DNA of 64,000 nucleotides from Catajapyx aquilonaris (taxonomy: Eukaryota), in contig KZ538200.1 in assembly GCA_000934665.2 (NCBI GenBank), positions 1-64,000 on the forward strand, given 5' to 3'. The translations under genes and the position numbers were made by a program. Below the pieces are notes generated by a model. It was not told the origin of the DNA and did not search any database. It saw only the letters and a program-made list of their open reading frames with translations. Numbering within the stretch: the first letter of the stretch is position 1; every line of letters begins with the position of its first letter. This document shows positions 9,389 through 24,800 of this stretch, piece after piece.

Positions 9389-12300
9389 CTTGCCTTCCAG
9401 CGATGTACCCGTATCACTCGGCACATCTGTCACATCTGCGTGGCACAATGCAGCAAAACGGCTATGATAACACAATCACACAGATAGTCTGTTCAAATAA
9501 TGCATCAAGATGAAATCCTCATTTAGCAATTTATTCTTAACAAATGCATATAACATGTAATATACTTCTTATATGACGCCAATTAATCTCTTAACATGAT
9601 TACTTTTATACATAAATATGGACTGCGTTCCTTTTCTTCCCCATTTTCTCCATCTTGCGCAGTAGAATCCTCAGGGTGATCATTTCTTTTTTTTCTTTAC
9701 CCTCCTTTTTTTGCCAACACACTTTACATCCTACAGACCAAGTTGTGCTCGTAAAACATAAAAAGGAAGAATATACGAGGCCTACAAATTTCCGTCTCTA
9801 TCCAGTGGCAGCTATTTTAAAAAAGCACAAGACATCTACCTATCCAGATAATAACTCGCACTCAGTGATGAGAAACAGCGTAAGAATCATTGTTGATCAG
9901 AGTCACTATTATTATTATTATATATATATTTTTTGGAAGACTGACCATCGACGGCTTTCTTCTCATACATGTCATTTGTTTCAACTGATGTCAGTCATCG
10001 TCTTCATTTTGGTGACAGCCGTTGCCCTTTTCTCACACTGCTGCTTACAAAACATAGGTATACACAGTAAATACCTTGGGCTACATTAAACAGCACAATT
10101 CACGACGCCGACAGCACAACCAAGCTACAGAAAGAAGAGAAGTCTCGCGCACAAAATGAAAACAGTATAAATAACACTCAACACTACCAAACACAGCTGC
10201 ATATTATATTATTTTTTTCAAATTTTTCAAAAATTTAGCAGGAAGGAAGCAAAAACCTGGCGTTTCGAGCTCTATGCTTTGATATTTACATCGGACATAT
10301 TCATGTTACTTTTTAACACAGGCTGATTATAAGCCTCCCCAGCCACATTGAGCACCCTGCAATCTACCGGCATATTCTAACATTTTTTTTTGAAAATTTG
10401 TTGCTCTTTTGTTCTTTACGCTGTCGAAGGACCGCTACTGAAACACGATGTCAAAAAAAGCCAGAGTGACATGCTCTACGATCCACCGATAGTTTTCGAA
10501 AGCCCACACGTTTCGTCAATATCACAGAATGAATGGTCGTGCCAACAGTGTGGCATTTCAGGGAGACAATATGGTGCAGCATAATTAGGTCACTCTGGCT
10601 ACTCCTTTTGCCCATTCGATATCATCACGACCCCAAGAAGGAAGTGGCTACACAGGCTTTTAACAACGGAAGGCATAACCAAAAGAAAAAATTAACAGCA
10701 AAACAATATTATTATTATTTTTTTGCAACTCCAGTCTCTGCCACTGGATAAAATATATCGGCCCCTGGTATAGTTCTCGTCAACAAAAACATCCCATCTA
10801 TTATGTTAATACTGCTAAAACATCAGTCATCCAGTCCATTTGACACGGTATAAAAGCCTCACATCCCAAAAACTAGGTTACTTTGTCATGTTTTGGACAA
10901 TATTGTGGACCATACAGTGTAATGAAAACTGCATAGGCTAAGCAGAACAGTGCACTGAGAGAACACATTCTGGTTCCGAAAAAAGAGGACGCTGTTGGTG
11001 ACCTCCTGATGACCCAAAAAGTGGTCCTCGACTTCACTGGAAAATGGGCAAGAAAGTCCAGCTTTCAAGCCCGGTTGTGTACTGGGTTCACACTGGTGTC
11101 GTTGTCTTTCAGCCAGTTCACCAACCAGAGACAACGACACCCATGTGAACCTTCAGTTTGCAGGCCTGCTGATTGGCTGAAATAGCCTTTCACAGTACTA
11201 CAAACCTAAAAATTACTGTCCAGTGTCACCAACGTCTCCTGCACATTTTTCCGCTATTTTAATCCCATTTATTTTTGGGGGAGAAAAAACGGGTTTTTCT
11301 GCTTAACGCTGCGGTTACATGTGGAACTGCAACCAACTAAATTACATTGTTCTCCAAACTTCACTGCTGTCTGGAATGTCCCGATATGGGTACAAGTTAT
11401 GCTGCTTTAGCGCACTTTGCAACAAAAAAAAAACTGCTTATCTACGCAGGAGTTACCCAAAAAAAAACTTCTTTTCCACAGAAAGAACCCATAATTTTTT
11501 TCACTGACGACAAGCAGGAAGAAACATTGTTTACGGGGACAATGGAAGAAAAAAGTATGATTCGAACATATGAAGTTGTCTCGATACGTGTACTTACGCA
11601 CTATTACAATCGGCAGACAGCATCAGCACTAAGCTTCCAAACAGACGTAACTACACGTATCTGACGCGCGAATTCACATGGCAATTTATTTTTATTTTTT
11701 TCAAAATAAATTCATGACATATACCCCATTGTTGCTGGTCATTTCCTGACTGTGTAACTGACTGCGGCAGAGTGTTGAGCAATTTGGGCAGAAAATTTGC
11801 AAGTTATGGTGTGAAAAGTGAGCTTTGCAAATTTTAAAAAAACAACAACAACTAAGCATTTCACCATTAGCAAAGGCACATGTTTGATTATTAATGCTTT
11901 GACACACCGCGTTATGCCTTGTGATATTAAATATGGTGATTCATACGCTTAGAAAACACAACATTTTGGCACTGCTTGCTAAAAAATGACGCTAGATGTC
12001 ACTACCTTCGTAGCGACATCTACCAACACTTCAGCTCAACTTACCCAAATAAATTTAAGCAACATCCCGAAATAAAAAGGCTTTAACTCTGCAACCACTT
12101 GTTAACGACCATTAATGCAATTGATTCGTAATTATTACACTTACATGTTCAATACGTTAATTAGAGAGAAATTAAAAGGCCGACGGCTCTGCCCGCAAAT
12201 TTAGCTTCAAATTATGCGATGTATCACTGAATCACCTGCCTACGCTCAGTATTTTTTTTTGGCGGTCTGGAAAACCTACGCATTAGGTGATTAGTCAATA

Positions 12301-12893
12301 TCCCTAATCGCATCATGCATCATTAATCAATGGCGGGTGTCAGTTTTGACCTTCCACAGTCAGGAACGACCAACGACGGCTTCTATTCTCCCACCCCCTG
12401 CATTTTTAAAAATACATATCTGCCGGATAATTAATCTCAATTTTTCCATCAATCAAATTAATTATCCCGCAGTCTTGAGTTGACACAAGCGTCGTTAAGT
12501 TTGAACCACAACGACACCAATGTGAACCTGTCATTCCAAACAACAACTGGTTACACTTCCATATTTTCCAACCAAAAAAAATGTACGGAGCAAGCGTGTT
12601 GTGTTCAGTGTTTGTGTGTGTCAACATTCCTGCGAACCCACTGTGTCCAATAGGCACATGCGGAAAGAGGTGTACGTGTTGTTGTGTTGCAGCATCGTCA
12701 CTAGCCTCCACTTCTTGTACACCTTGTAAGTCACCGGTTCTTAAAACATACAGACAGGATTTCATAGGTAGGGTAAAAGGGGGTCAGGAAATTAAAACTT
12801 CACTCACGCACAATTTGGCAACATCCCCGAGCTCAAGTCCCGGATGAGGTTGGTGACGAGGCAGTGACGCGTTAGACCCGACGCGTATGTCCC

Positions 12894-15800
12894 TCAGGTG
12901 GCCGTCTCTCCTCCTTGGTTTTTCCCACCACCACCACCACCACCAGCGTCCTTTTCGTACCCTTCCACTAGAGTCTCGATGATGAACTTGATGGCTATCT
13001 TGTATATGGACTCGACGTTCTCCGTGTATCGGTCTCCTAGGGTTGTCTTGACCGCCTCCAGGAACGGTTTCTCGATACGCTGCAATAGAGCACCATGTAT
13101 TTAGATTACGGTGCGGCCAGGAACACACTAAAGAACGCTGCCCTATTGATTTTCAATACGGAGAGATTGGCTCCAGGGACCTATAATTATGTTGGCGGGG
13201 TATGGGGAGGAAAGGGTGGGTATATACCATAACCCAAGTACAGAGGAAAAACGACTTCAAGTGCTTTCCTCTACGGTCTCATAATATTGAACAGCCTAAT
13301 CCTTAGCGGAAATAAACACATCAGAGCGGCCTCTAAAGGCCTCCATATTTCTCTAGAACGCATAAACGTCGGTATATAGTCCGTGTATACATAAGCACCT
13401 CGTTAAAGTTGTGCGAGTTGGAAATTTTGACAACAGATGGCGCGCCACCTGTCTCACGACTACATGTCGTATGTAGTCGTGAGACAGCCTGAGACGAATC
13501 TAGCTGGTGAGTGATTCTATACGTAAATCCTGCAAAAAGTAAAGCGTCACGTTATTTTCTGCCAGCACAATATTTGACCAGCAAACACGCGGTTGGTTGC
13601 GTACACTTTAACATTGATTTTCAAAACGGGCCAGCCATAGTACAGGCCGCTTGAAAGCAAAGTTCTCACTGTCAAAGAAAGACAGATATGAGCAAATGAA
13701 GCTCGAAGCGGCAGTGCAGCTCTCCCTTCATTTCGGCCCAACCGAAATCGGAGCTTTCATGTGGCCGTGAATAATACATGAGCTTACGTCCGAAACGAAG
13801 CTTAGGCCTTCCCTTCAAAAAAATTGTCCAAAATTATTTTTGCATTAAGCTGTGTACGTGGATGTACCCGGAAGGGGGAAAAAACAATTTCTCACAGCCA
13901 ATTAGCGATGATCTATTTACATTTCCTTAACTTGTGTTAATTTTCTTAAAAAATAATTATAGCCCATCAGTACTGAGTCTAGAAGTGCGGACTCCATGAA
14001 TGAATTGGGCAGTGACCCCCAGTGCCGAATCGTGCCAAATCCCACCGCAATGATGATTATTAATGGCTATCCGAGAGTACATTACACCCCCGTGCGACTC
14101 TGCAGGCGGAGCAAAAGTGAGAGGAAAGGCCCTGTGGCGCCGCCGGGGCGCCACCCGGTCCCTACTCTCGGATGCCAGTCCTGATATAAAGTGGGTCCAT
14201 TTGCCCAATTGCTCCAGGGGACCTTCATCTACCAACCCAGAAGAAGAAAACCACGTGCCATTCCTCACGCCTTTAGACATTCCGTTATATGCTAAACGGT
14301 CAGGACGTGTTCGGATCCTGCTGATTTGCAAATATAGTCCTGAAATTACTTAATTGCTAGTATTGCAGCAGCTATCCTGCTTAAAAAGCATTAATATATT
14401 AATAAGAAGCGTCTCGAAAAGATAATATCATTCCAGCCTGTATATCACGTCCAAATTGGATTAATTTTTCCACCATCCTCCTTACAAAAAAAGAAAATGG
14501 AAGGAGAAAAAAAAACCCACCCTGTACTATACTGGAGCCAAAATTGTAATTTCCCAACGGAGAGGGCTTCTGATTAAGAAGAGGAAATAATTCAATTGAG
14601 CTCACTCCCTGCAAAACGAGTTTCTTTAGATTGAAAGGCAGTGAGGCGGGATTACTTAATAGCAGTTTGCTCTTTCTATTACCGGTACTTGTAGATGTCC
14701 CACCAATCTAAAAGAAATCACTCGACTCTACTCATCGATGAATAGGAAATCAATTGCACTCCAAATCACCAAGGAATGTTGATGACATATTTTGTCCCCA
14801 ATAAAAAAAGTGAAACTCACCCAAAAATATTCCTTCTTGAATCCCTGGATGCGGCGATGCGAGGCCCCCGTCTGATGGAGGAAGTCGAAGAAGGTGTCGA
14901 GGTTGTCCAGGGACTTGATGCTTTCGTCTAACGTGGACATGACAGTCGTCGCGTGCTCGGCAAGCTCCATGCTTTGCGCCTGGGCCTCTTTGGTTTTCAA
15001 CTCGCGGAACTTCTCGAAAAGGCTCAGAAGTTCCTCGTGCTCCTCGAACAACCTGTCAAAAAATGTACGAGAGGGAATGACGTGATGGCTGAAGTATCGT
15101 GACATCATGCAAATCATCTCTGCGTTGAAGTTTTTCTTATATACACTTTTAACCATTTACCTTCTCTAGAGAGGGTAAGAAAGTGGCCATTTTTTACCTT
15201 ACATTGTAGGGTAAATATTCTTGGGTAAATTGATTCTAAGGTAAATTTTGCATGTATTACCTTAGAAAATAGAGGGTAAAAAATGGCCACTTTCTTACCC
15301 TCTCTAGAGAAGGTAAATGGTTAAGAGTGTATGGTTATTATTTATATGGATGAAGTATGTAACTGGTTGTTATAAAGCTGGAGCCAATCACAGATGGCCG
15401 CACACTGACTCTAGCCAATTAACGCGTCTTGCTTCCACCAATCCCTTCCGTTTCGCCCTGTCACACCCGTATAACGAGAACATGCACAGAACGAGCAATT
15501 ACAGAATTTCCATGAACTACACTTGGCAAAATATAGAAGAGGGGAAAAAACGCGAAAGCGTGTTTAGAACCCTTTCAATGCAGAGGTCTAGTTATTTTTA
15601 CCTTCAAAGTGAAAGGGAGAGCGTCCAATTATCTGCATGACACTACTACACCATTACCAAGTTTTCAGAACACTCTACAAAGTACCAACGGCGCTGACTT
15701 TATGTAAGTTAATTTATGAAATGAGGCTCTTTTTCCCCCATAGGAGCCTTTCAGTTAGGCCTGGTTAACGTTGCATAAAGCTACTCATACATCAGCATTA

Positions 15801-18800
15801 ATCAAGAATTTGTTCAGTGTAACAGCAATTTACTTGTCATTGTGCAAACCAGTTTGTTCAGCATCAATCTTATGGCTTGGTTGAATGAGTTCAAATCTGT
15901 CGCAATTAGAGTTCATACAACTCAGCCGTAATGTACACATTTGCTTAATTCGAAGTGTAAAATGTCTATACGTGTTCCATCGACTATGCAATCTAAATAT
16001 TGATCCTGAGCATCTCAGGTGATTTGAAGTTAGAAACACTTGAGGCTCTAGGGCAACTCCCAGCTCACGTGGGAATCTGTTTTTTTTAATGCACACGCGG
16101 CTATAGCTGGAGCATGCAAGGGATAAAGCGATGTAATAATGATCCGGTCGAAACAATGCCAAGTTATGAATAAAAAAACTCAGCTACTGAACTAACGAAA
16201 TTTCAGCGTCAGAACCAAGCTATAATGATGTCAGTAACGTTGAGCAAACCCTTTGTGAGTGAAAAATGCATATGTGACCGCTTGTGGGGGGAAAAAAAGG
16301 GAGACAAAATAGTCCGAAAATGTTCAAAAAAGAAATACGCATTCGCACGATGTAACCCGCTACCTTGGGCATGTTGCATGTCGATAGCAGAAGGTTCTAT
16401 TGACTACGCCCCCCCCCCCCTTGTCGAGAATGACTTTTTCTGTCTTTCACTACACTGCACTCGACTCCAATATTGACGTGTTTTGCCCAGACCTCTCGAC
16501 TCACGTACTTCTCTGCAAATAATTCAATCCAGCACAGTCACTGACGACCAGCTCTCTAATGGCTCTCTGACCTCACCATACATTTTGCAAATATTACCGG
16601 ATGTCACCCATTTTTTTTTCAGAAAAAAAATTTGTCCGTTATCTCCTGAATACGTAAGTCACATAGGGTTGTCGTCAGTTCAAGGGAACTGGTCCCAACG
16701 GAATAATTTTCCCCGGGTTTGTGGTGACTCTGAAGGCGGCATCTGGCACCGGAATTTCCCTGTGGGACACGAAACAAGCGGGCCAACTTCAGTCATTAGG
16801 CCAGCTTGGCCTCTCTCCCAAAATCCGGGGGTCCAGAATAGGTCCAACGAGTTCCTATTACCGGATATCTCCCGTCCGGGTGCTGTACTTGTAGTGGTCC
16901 GGATAAGCGATACCATGTGCCGCTAACGACAACCATGTCCATTGTATTTTTTAAAAAAATTAATGAAGTGCTTGAAAAAGTGTAGCCATATTGGCTACAC
17001 TTTTTCAAGCACTTCATTAAAATGTTCCAGAAACTGTGGACAGCTCCTTGAGTGCTTGTGCTTGAAAAAGGGTAGCCAATAGGCGTTCATAGCTGAAAAA
17101 TGAAACACTGTGGACAATTTTCACACGGCGAATTCCATGTTCCTTTTGAGCTTACGATTGCAAAATCCATACATGGAAGCCTCTGAGAAAAACTTCAGGG
17201 GGGGGGTTCTACAAATTGAATTTTCTTCGTCGCTTGGACCGAATCTCGTTTTGGAAACATCATTCGCCCTCCATTGATCCGCAGGAGGCCATTAGACCAC
17301 CTAGCGATCAAAGCACCTCGCGGGGGAAATTGCCGATTTCAAAATATGCTGCTCTTGCACACCCAACCGACCCCCCCTCCTTATTTCAAGAGCTCGACGC
17401 GGCGCTTCCAACTTTTCTGCAGCGCTTTCGCACAATTTTTGCACTTTATCGGGGACCATAGATCACGCCAATATTCACCGGGGCTGGGTTCTTCGTAATG
17501 TTCTCCTTATACGTCGGATCCGCAGAGTGGTCTCAGAAATATCGCCAATATCGCTTGAAATATCGCTGTATATTTTCAAAATAAATAACACTAGAGTGAA
17601 CACAATGCAGAATATTCTTGGACAATCGGCAACTAACTCTCTATCCTCCTGAGACCCCTAGCACACCTTTCAATCACCCTTGTTTTTTTACGCGTTTGAG
17701 TTAGTCAGAAGGTGCTGGAAAAAAACAAAGGTACAGTATACTGTACCAGGGGTCTCAAGAGGTTAAACAATTAACGTATGGAAATAATTCCTGAACCACG
17801 TGTGAGGACAGCTCAGCATAACCGATAGTCACCGATGTATGATGATGAAATTCATCCCTTAAAAACAGTGTAACAACATCGAACATTGTAAAAAGGTACA
17901 TAGTCCAAAAACCGATATCGAGTCCAGGCTTCAGTTTCATTTCGTAATTCGTTATATTAAAACCCTATATAACCGCCTGTGGCTCGCTCTACTTATCGAT
18001 CAAATTCAATCAATCGCGTCAACTAATTTTTTTTTCTTCATCAAATGGTCTATATGTCCACTGGGAGTACTGACAGTATTTTTTTCTTCATAGCTGTCGA
18101 AGAGAGTTAGCGTCTATTTCTAGAGAAGGCTGCTTTCACTCTCTTCGTAATTGTCACTAGGGACCCATATCCTCAGAAGACTCTTGAACTGATTTCATTT
18201 TTTTTTATCACCCTGTTGGATCAAAGCCATGAGGTTGGTCACGCCAGTAAGCGCGAAAAATATAAAGCTATGCACTATGTGACAAAAAATAGATGGTGCT
18301 TACATTGGCGTTTCCGGGTTGGATCGGAGGTATCAAAATAGTTCTCAGAAGTGTGTATTCCTGGAGTTCATAAATCACATCTTTTTTGTAACAGCTGTGC
18401 ATTAAGAATGAAGCAAACTGTCATTTTAGGAACAGGTTTTGTTGTCAGGATATAATGTCGTACTCACTGGCTCAACATTCTATAGTAACGATTCACCAAG
18501 TCTGGGAAGTGACTGGGGTTGTAGTGTGCCGTAGAGAGCTGAAGGAGAAGTGGGACTGGTCTATTCAGAAAATTGAATTTTGCCTGTGGATGCCACCTTA
18601 GGGACACCCTTTCCACTTTACAGTCAGATTAGTAAGAAAGCAAGGCCCATATGCTGAAAACAGCATTTGAACCATTCACATCACTGCACTCTGAAAATAT
18701 CCAGCACTCCATCGACCCTCCAGATCTTCCTTGTTTACCAGTTTGGATGGTAACAGCCTGTATCGATTCTCCTGGGCTTCTCCAGAGTATGAACTGGAAC

Positions 18801-21800
18801 TAGAAGATTTTCAGCACTGGCTACAAAACAACCGGTATTTTCAAAACTAGTGTGATGGTGGGGGGTTCTCTCTAAACCCAAAAGGGGTACAGGAAGTCAT
18901 CCGGACACAAGAGCAGCCTTCTAATCTTGGAGACTAGATTCAAGTCAGCTTCCGAGCAAATCACGCGGGCCAAATTAAATCCGGGATGGCTTTTAGCAGG
19001 CTCTAGACGCCACTGCTTTCATTTAGGTACTCAACTTAAAGCAAGGCGAGATGAGGAACCCATGAAGAAGAAGAAGAAGAAGCTAGTGGTGTCTGGCTGA
19101 TCCCTTCTCTTGGAACATCCAGGAACAAGTGGGGTCGCCTGGCTCATTAGAATCCAAATGAGTGCATAATGTTCCAGACCATTAAGCGTTTCTTAGCATC
19201 ATGCAACTGCATTCGTTAACTATTCATCCGGCTTTCCGGTGTTTGCCCTAAACGCCAGACATCAATCCTGGTGTTGGAGGGCAGGAAATTAGTGTCTTTG
19301 CATAAATATTTGGCGCCATCAACAAAAAGGGGGGGGGGGGAGCAAAACACAGTTTACATTTGCATGGAAATTATTAATTAATTATTGATGTCGGGGCAAT
19401 GTAGCGGAACTAAAATAATTATTTAAAATTCAATCTGTGCTAGGCCCTTCCGGTGCGGGAAGCTCCCCTGAAATTTGTGCAATCATATTCGGATGAGCTG
19501 AAGTACTTTTTTTTATTTGCAATGTACACCACCTGACTTTTTAACTTTGTACATGGTGCAAGGAATGCATAATTAATACAGTAATATCTGTTCCACAAAA
19601 ATTTCAGAATGAACAGGAAAAATATTGCATGAACATACCCATTGATGATTGCATAATAGATCTTTAAAAAACATGATTTTTACGAGTGTTTAGCAAACCT
19701 AAAGAGAAAGCAATGAACCAATGCACCACAATTACACAATAAAATCTCGGCTTCCTAAACTATTCACGGGAGAGTAAAATTGCTCATTGCATGTGTGTAT
19801 CGGCACTAATAATTATACTCCCGGGGCCGTTTGTCATGGTGATTGATTACTCACCAAACGATATTTTAGGGAGATGAAAATGGAACATGAACAGTTCGCT
19901 GCAGGATGGGCAAAATCAATTTACTTTTAACTCTGAGGACATAAACAATCTAAAATTACCTAATTATGACGAAGCACAGTTCATTTCACATAAAAGCTGT
20001 ACTAGTATGATGAGGTCAAACAATTTTGTAGCACAATGTTCCATGGTAAAATACATTATAGGTGGCCTATAAGCCTATAGTTTTTTCCACTATAAAAATG
20101 TTCAAAGATCTTGGCTTCATTTTACGACCAGTTTTTTCCCATAGGTAACTGTGTGCATATAAAATTTTATCGCTCCCTTCAGTCCAAAAAGGAGACAAAA
20201 CTTTTTTAAAGCTCAGCAGACAAAGTAGTCCCTTCAGGCATCAAAGTCGCACAGTAACCTTACTTCATGGAAATGTCCAAAGACCCTTATTCCACTATGA
20301 AATTATTGTTCAAACACTAGAGTTTTTGTGTGTGTGTGTGATGTCGATGGGGGGAATGCGGGGGTGGAAGGAGGTTTCGGGGGAAGAAAAAGCAATGGTC
20401 GTTTTTCACTTCTTGGCTGGCTGCCTACGCTATTGGAAATGGCGCCAGAGGACATGGGCGCCGCCTTTATTCTCCTGAAAGCCCACGCCGTCGGAGCACA
20501 GAGCAGGTTCAGCTTTCTTAGCTCAATAGCACAACCATTTTGCCTCTATGCAGCAGCATACCAACACTGCTTCTGCAACTATGCACTGCCCCCTGCGGCT
20601 CATACGGGGTGAAACTATCCAAAATTGTAAATATACCAATCGATAGGCGGATGCTGCACGGCTGGGTGTCGTGTAAACAAGGCCAATTACAGTATTTGCT
20701 AGCTTGTAAGACCACCTGTACAAGCCAACCTCTACTGATTAGTTGGGTTTGTGTGAAGCTGGACTGGACCAGTCAGATCTAAAGCTGTGTTACCTACACT
20801 AAATATTTTAGAGAGGATTTTCCAGCAGTGCGCGTACAAATCGAACTGTCATTAGCAGGTTTTTAAAATATCAATAACAGGAGGTGGATGGAAAGTTTTC
20901 ACGGGCACAAAATGAGTGCTAAAAACGGAGATATAAAAATTAAACTCGAATGAAATCCAATCGGATTATGCACGTTTCATTTTGTTCCCGGATATTGTTC
21001 GGGCTGAAAACAGTTCATGGCCGTAAAATCCCCATTTTTATTTACGACCATAACGCCAGAACAGCCCCGGTTCCAAAAAGTGTCGTCCAAAATCTCCCAA
21101 TTCCTAAATATTTCCAACCAGACACATCAAGGCCGGCTCCAGCACCGTCAGCAACAGATTGACTGTCGTCAATTAATTCTTTGCGTCAAGGAAGAAAAGG
21201 ACGCAACCGTCTAGTGACGCACTTGCCGGATTGCCAATCCAATTTGGAGCCCCTTATTTGCAAGTTCTGGCAGAAGCTCTATAGACTCCGACATTTTTTA
21301 AACTTGTACTCTGCCGTCCCAGGAAGAAACACCCTAACTTTAAAACTAGTAAGGGTGAAAGTCGCATGCATGCCCTGCACTAATCCCACATGAGTCAGGG
21401 GGGATTAGTGGAGGGCATGCACGCGACTTTCACCCTTACTGGTTTTGGACATGGGTGTTTCTCCTTGAGACGGCAGTATTGTACATGAATATAATTACCG
21501 CACTGAAGATTTGTTCTAAATATTTTGTATATTAACTTTTTTCTACATAGCGACTTCCGTCTATATGTACCACCGATAAAGGTGTAAAGAGTGCATCAGG
21601 AAAAGGAGCTGGCAAGTGGTGACGGCGGCAAATCGGATTGGTTTCTCCTCGAGTCGGCCTTTAGCATTCAGAGTGGAGGAAGAGGATGCTTCTTGGCCTG
21701 CCATAGAAGGAAGAAGAGGAATCCTCTTCGTTTCGTTCCTTGCTGCTGCTGCTCCTCGGGGGATAGCCTATTTGCAAAGCCCGCCTATAGCAGGCGCGCC

Positions 21801-24800
21801 ATGAAAAATGGATGCTGCTCTATCCTTCACCGCCATTTTCAGGGATGTCATGCCTTCTCTTTGTCTTCCGCTCCCTCCAGAGTCTGCGCCTCAGACAATA
21901 AGCAGCCTGCAGCCTTAGGGGACCAAGTGCATGGCACAAATTATTCCACGGCTTCGCAAGGTTTCCCAAGGAAGCACTTGGCCATCATGTAAGTTACAAT
22001 GTATGTGGGGAAGTCTTATGATCCGGTAAGGCGAGGTTATGGCGCCTCTGCTCGTTTCGAGGAAGGTCCACCAAATTAGATCTGAAGGGTACGTCGGGCC
22101 TGTACGAGCGGTGGAAGACAGAGTTATTGGATTATCTGCAGGAGTGGCTTGCTTCTGATATTGTTTCAACTGTGGTCACAAGGCATTGGGTTGGGCATTG
22201 TTATAAATACAGCATACTGTAGAGGATGAAAGGTCAGTTGTTGGCCAAATCACAAATCTCATCACTGCGGTGCTCAAAGTGCTCAAAGTGCTCACAGTGC
22301 TATTAACTCCTAATATTTGATATAATAATAAATAAATAATATCCGTTATAATAGCCTTACTATTAATAATCTTGCGACAAAATTACGGTTTATAGCCTGC
22401 AGTAATATTTCTGTAAAAAAACTGAATACTTGCAGCACACTGCATGAGAGGCATATAATTCGCCTCTTCCATTTATTTCCCCTCCATCGAAAAGGCTCAT
22501 ATAGTGCAGTTTCTACACCACCAAAAACCGATGTTAGGATAGGCCACTCCATTGTGTCTAAAATTATTCCCATACCACGCAGTCATAAATTTCAACACAA
22601 AAAATCAGAGGCCCCCGAAAAGTGGACTCGTCGACCATGAAAGTCCATTATTTTCGTTGAAGTGTTCCATTTCAGTACAGAAAAAAACGCATTGTGCCAA
22701 GAACAACCAGCATTTCGTTCAATATTGCACTTGTTCATCCCTTGTCAAAAAATAGAGTTTGACAGATCTATACAGTATATCGCCGTGTATATATAGGTCA
22801 CGATGGACTCAGAAAGTGAAATGTCTCGTCACATACAAATCAGAGTGGCACAAAGACAAGGAATCCATTACTTCTTGCAATTATCTTGGTTTTGAGTTCC
22901 AGAAGAAAGAAAAAAAAACGAAGCGAGCTTTTGAAGGATGCACTCAAGTTTCCTCCTTTATACACCAAGGTAAGAGAGGTTTCCTGTATATTTTTTTACT
23001 CCTTTACTTCAAGCCATATATCCTTTCCTACTTCTTGAAGGAACTGTATAAAGGAAGAAATTCCAGTCAGCGAGTTTCTTTGAGAGACTCGACCTCGTTT
23101 ATCCCTTGTGACGGAGAAAATTAATTGCGACGGTGATTTAAAAGCCAAGGTAAAATCCTGCTGAAAACTGCATTAACAAGTGTCATCTCCACCCATTCAC
23201 TTTATATTTTAGCAAAGAACAATTTTATAAAAAAATTTCTTCCTTGCTTCATGTTCAACCCCCATCTTGAGACATAATGGTGCATCATGATGGCGATAAC
23301 AAAAATTGCCCGGAATTCCCTTTCTTTTTCGTTTCGATGACTCCATCAGCAGCCGGTAATTCATCTAGTTATTGGATTAGTGAGCTTTCAGGCCTTCCTG
23401 TCGAAAAACTTGCTTTCGTTTCCCGCCTTCCCCGCCTGCTTCTAATTGCTCCAGGGAAGGGGGGAGCTCGAAGGAGACTAACCTCCCTGTAAGTCACCAT
23501 TAACTCAAAGACATGTATCATATAACTCCAGGAATACTGTAGGCCCAACCAATCAGCAATGTTGACATAAGGCAGAATAATACGATTCGCCTTTGGCAAC
23601 AAAAAACTGCAGGCTATTTGCCAAATACGAAAATTTATTGTACTATTTTGGCTACCCCCACAGTCATGCTTGCACAAGCATTTACAAAATGGCACACAAT
23701 CGAAAAAAAATTGGGGGGGCCAAAAGTAAACATGTAACGTGCCCTAATTAAACGGCCAGTTAAGCCCTGCCTTTATATCTACCTAACGCACTCCAACACT
23801 GTAATTAAACCCGTGAAAGGTAGCGCCCACCTCTGGGACCTTGTCTCAAAGAGCACGCAGGTACACCACCTTGCTAAAATATGCATGTGCTGGGATGACT
23901 TCAGAGGTACAGACACTTGCATTTTTGATTGGCTTCCGCATTAAATCGACCTGCTCATGAGATAAATAAAAAGCATGGGGGTTAGCTAGTAAGTGAAGCT
24001 TGTACCACATCAGCAATGCTGTTTTAGTTATTTTTTTAAAAAAAAGTCAGTAACTCACCGTAACACTTAGCAAATTTCATAATGGCTTCCCACTTCAAAG
24101 ATGGCAACGCCTGAGTTACGTAACGCAGTCCCATTTCTCCCATTGCACTCTAAGGTTCCAGCTAATGAAATTAAAGAGGATGTATTAGAGTCCCTACAGC
24201 TACAGGGTTGTAAAATATATAAATATCAATAACGTAATTAGCAATAATTTTAAGAGTAAATAAATAAACCCGTACATTCCGGTACACATTTTTCCCATGG
24301 TCTGGCACCGAACTGTATGGATCCGTATACCGTGCGACCTATCAATGGGAATGCGCCCGATATAAAACCCCCTCGAAATGGGGTTTCCATGACTGCATGA
24401 CCCCATTACGAAGCCAGATCCAACGATTCAGACTGTGCACTTGATTCACCGGATAACGCAGCCCCAAAATGTGGGAATTGCTCAGACAAGGAGTTATGGC
24501 GGTTATCCGTGTGCCGAAACCCATAACGCCAGCAATTTTTGTGCGGGGAAAAAAAGCCAGATGCCAAACAGCATTTCATAGGCAAATTAGGTGTGGATTC
24601 ATTTAAAGTGCTACGTGTACGAGCACGAAGGGGGAAAACGAGTGCCCTTGGTTGCCAGTGCATTGTATATATAGACACCGGAAATGCAATTTAGTTTATT
24701 GCGAACTTTGTTTACAAAAAGCAGTGCTATAGTGTTGCCAATAATTGAGTCTCTAATCGCTCCGACGTGACGTTACAATTTTGAAGCACCATGACCCAAA

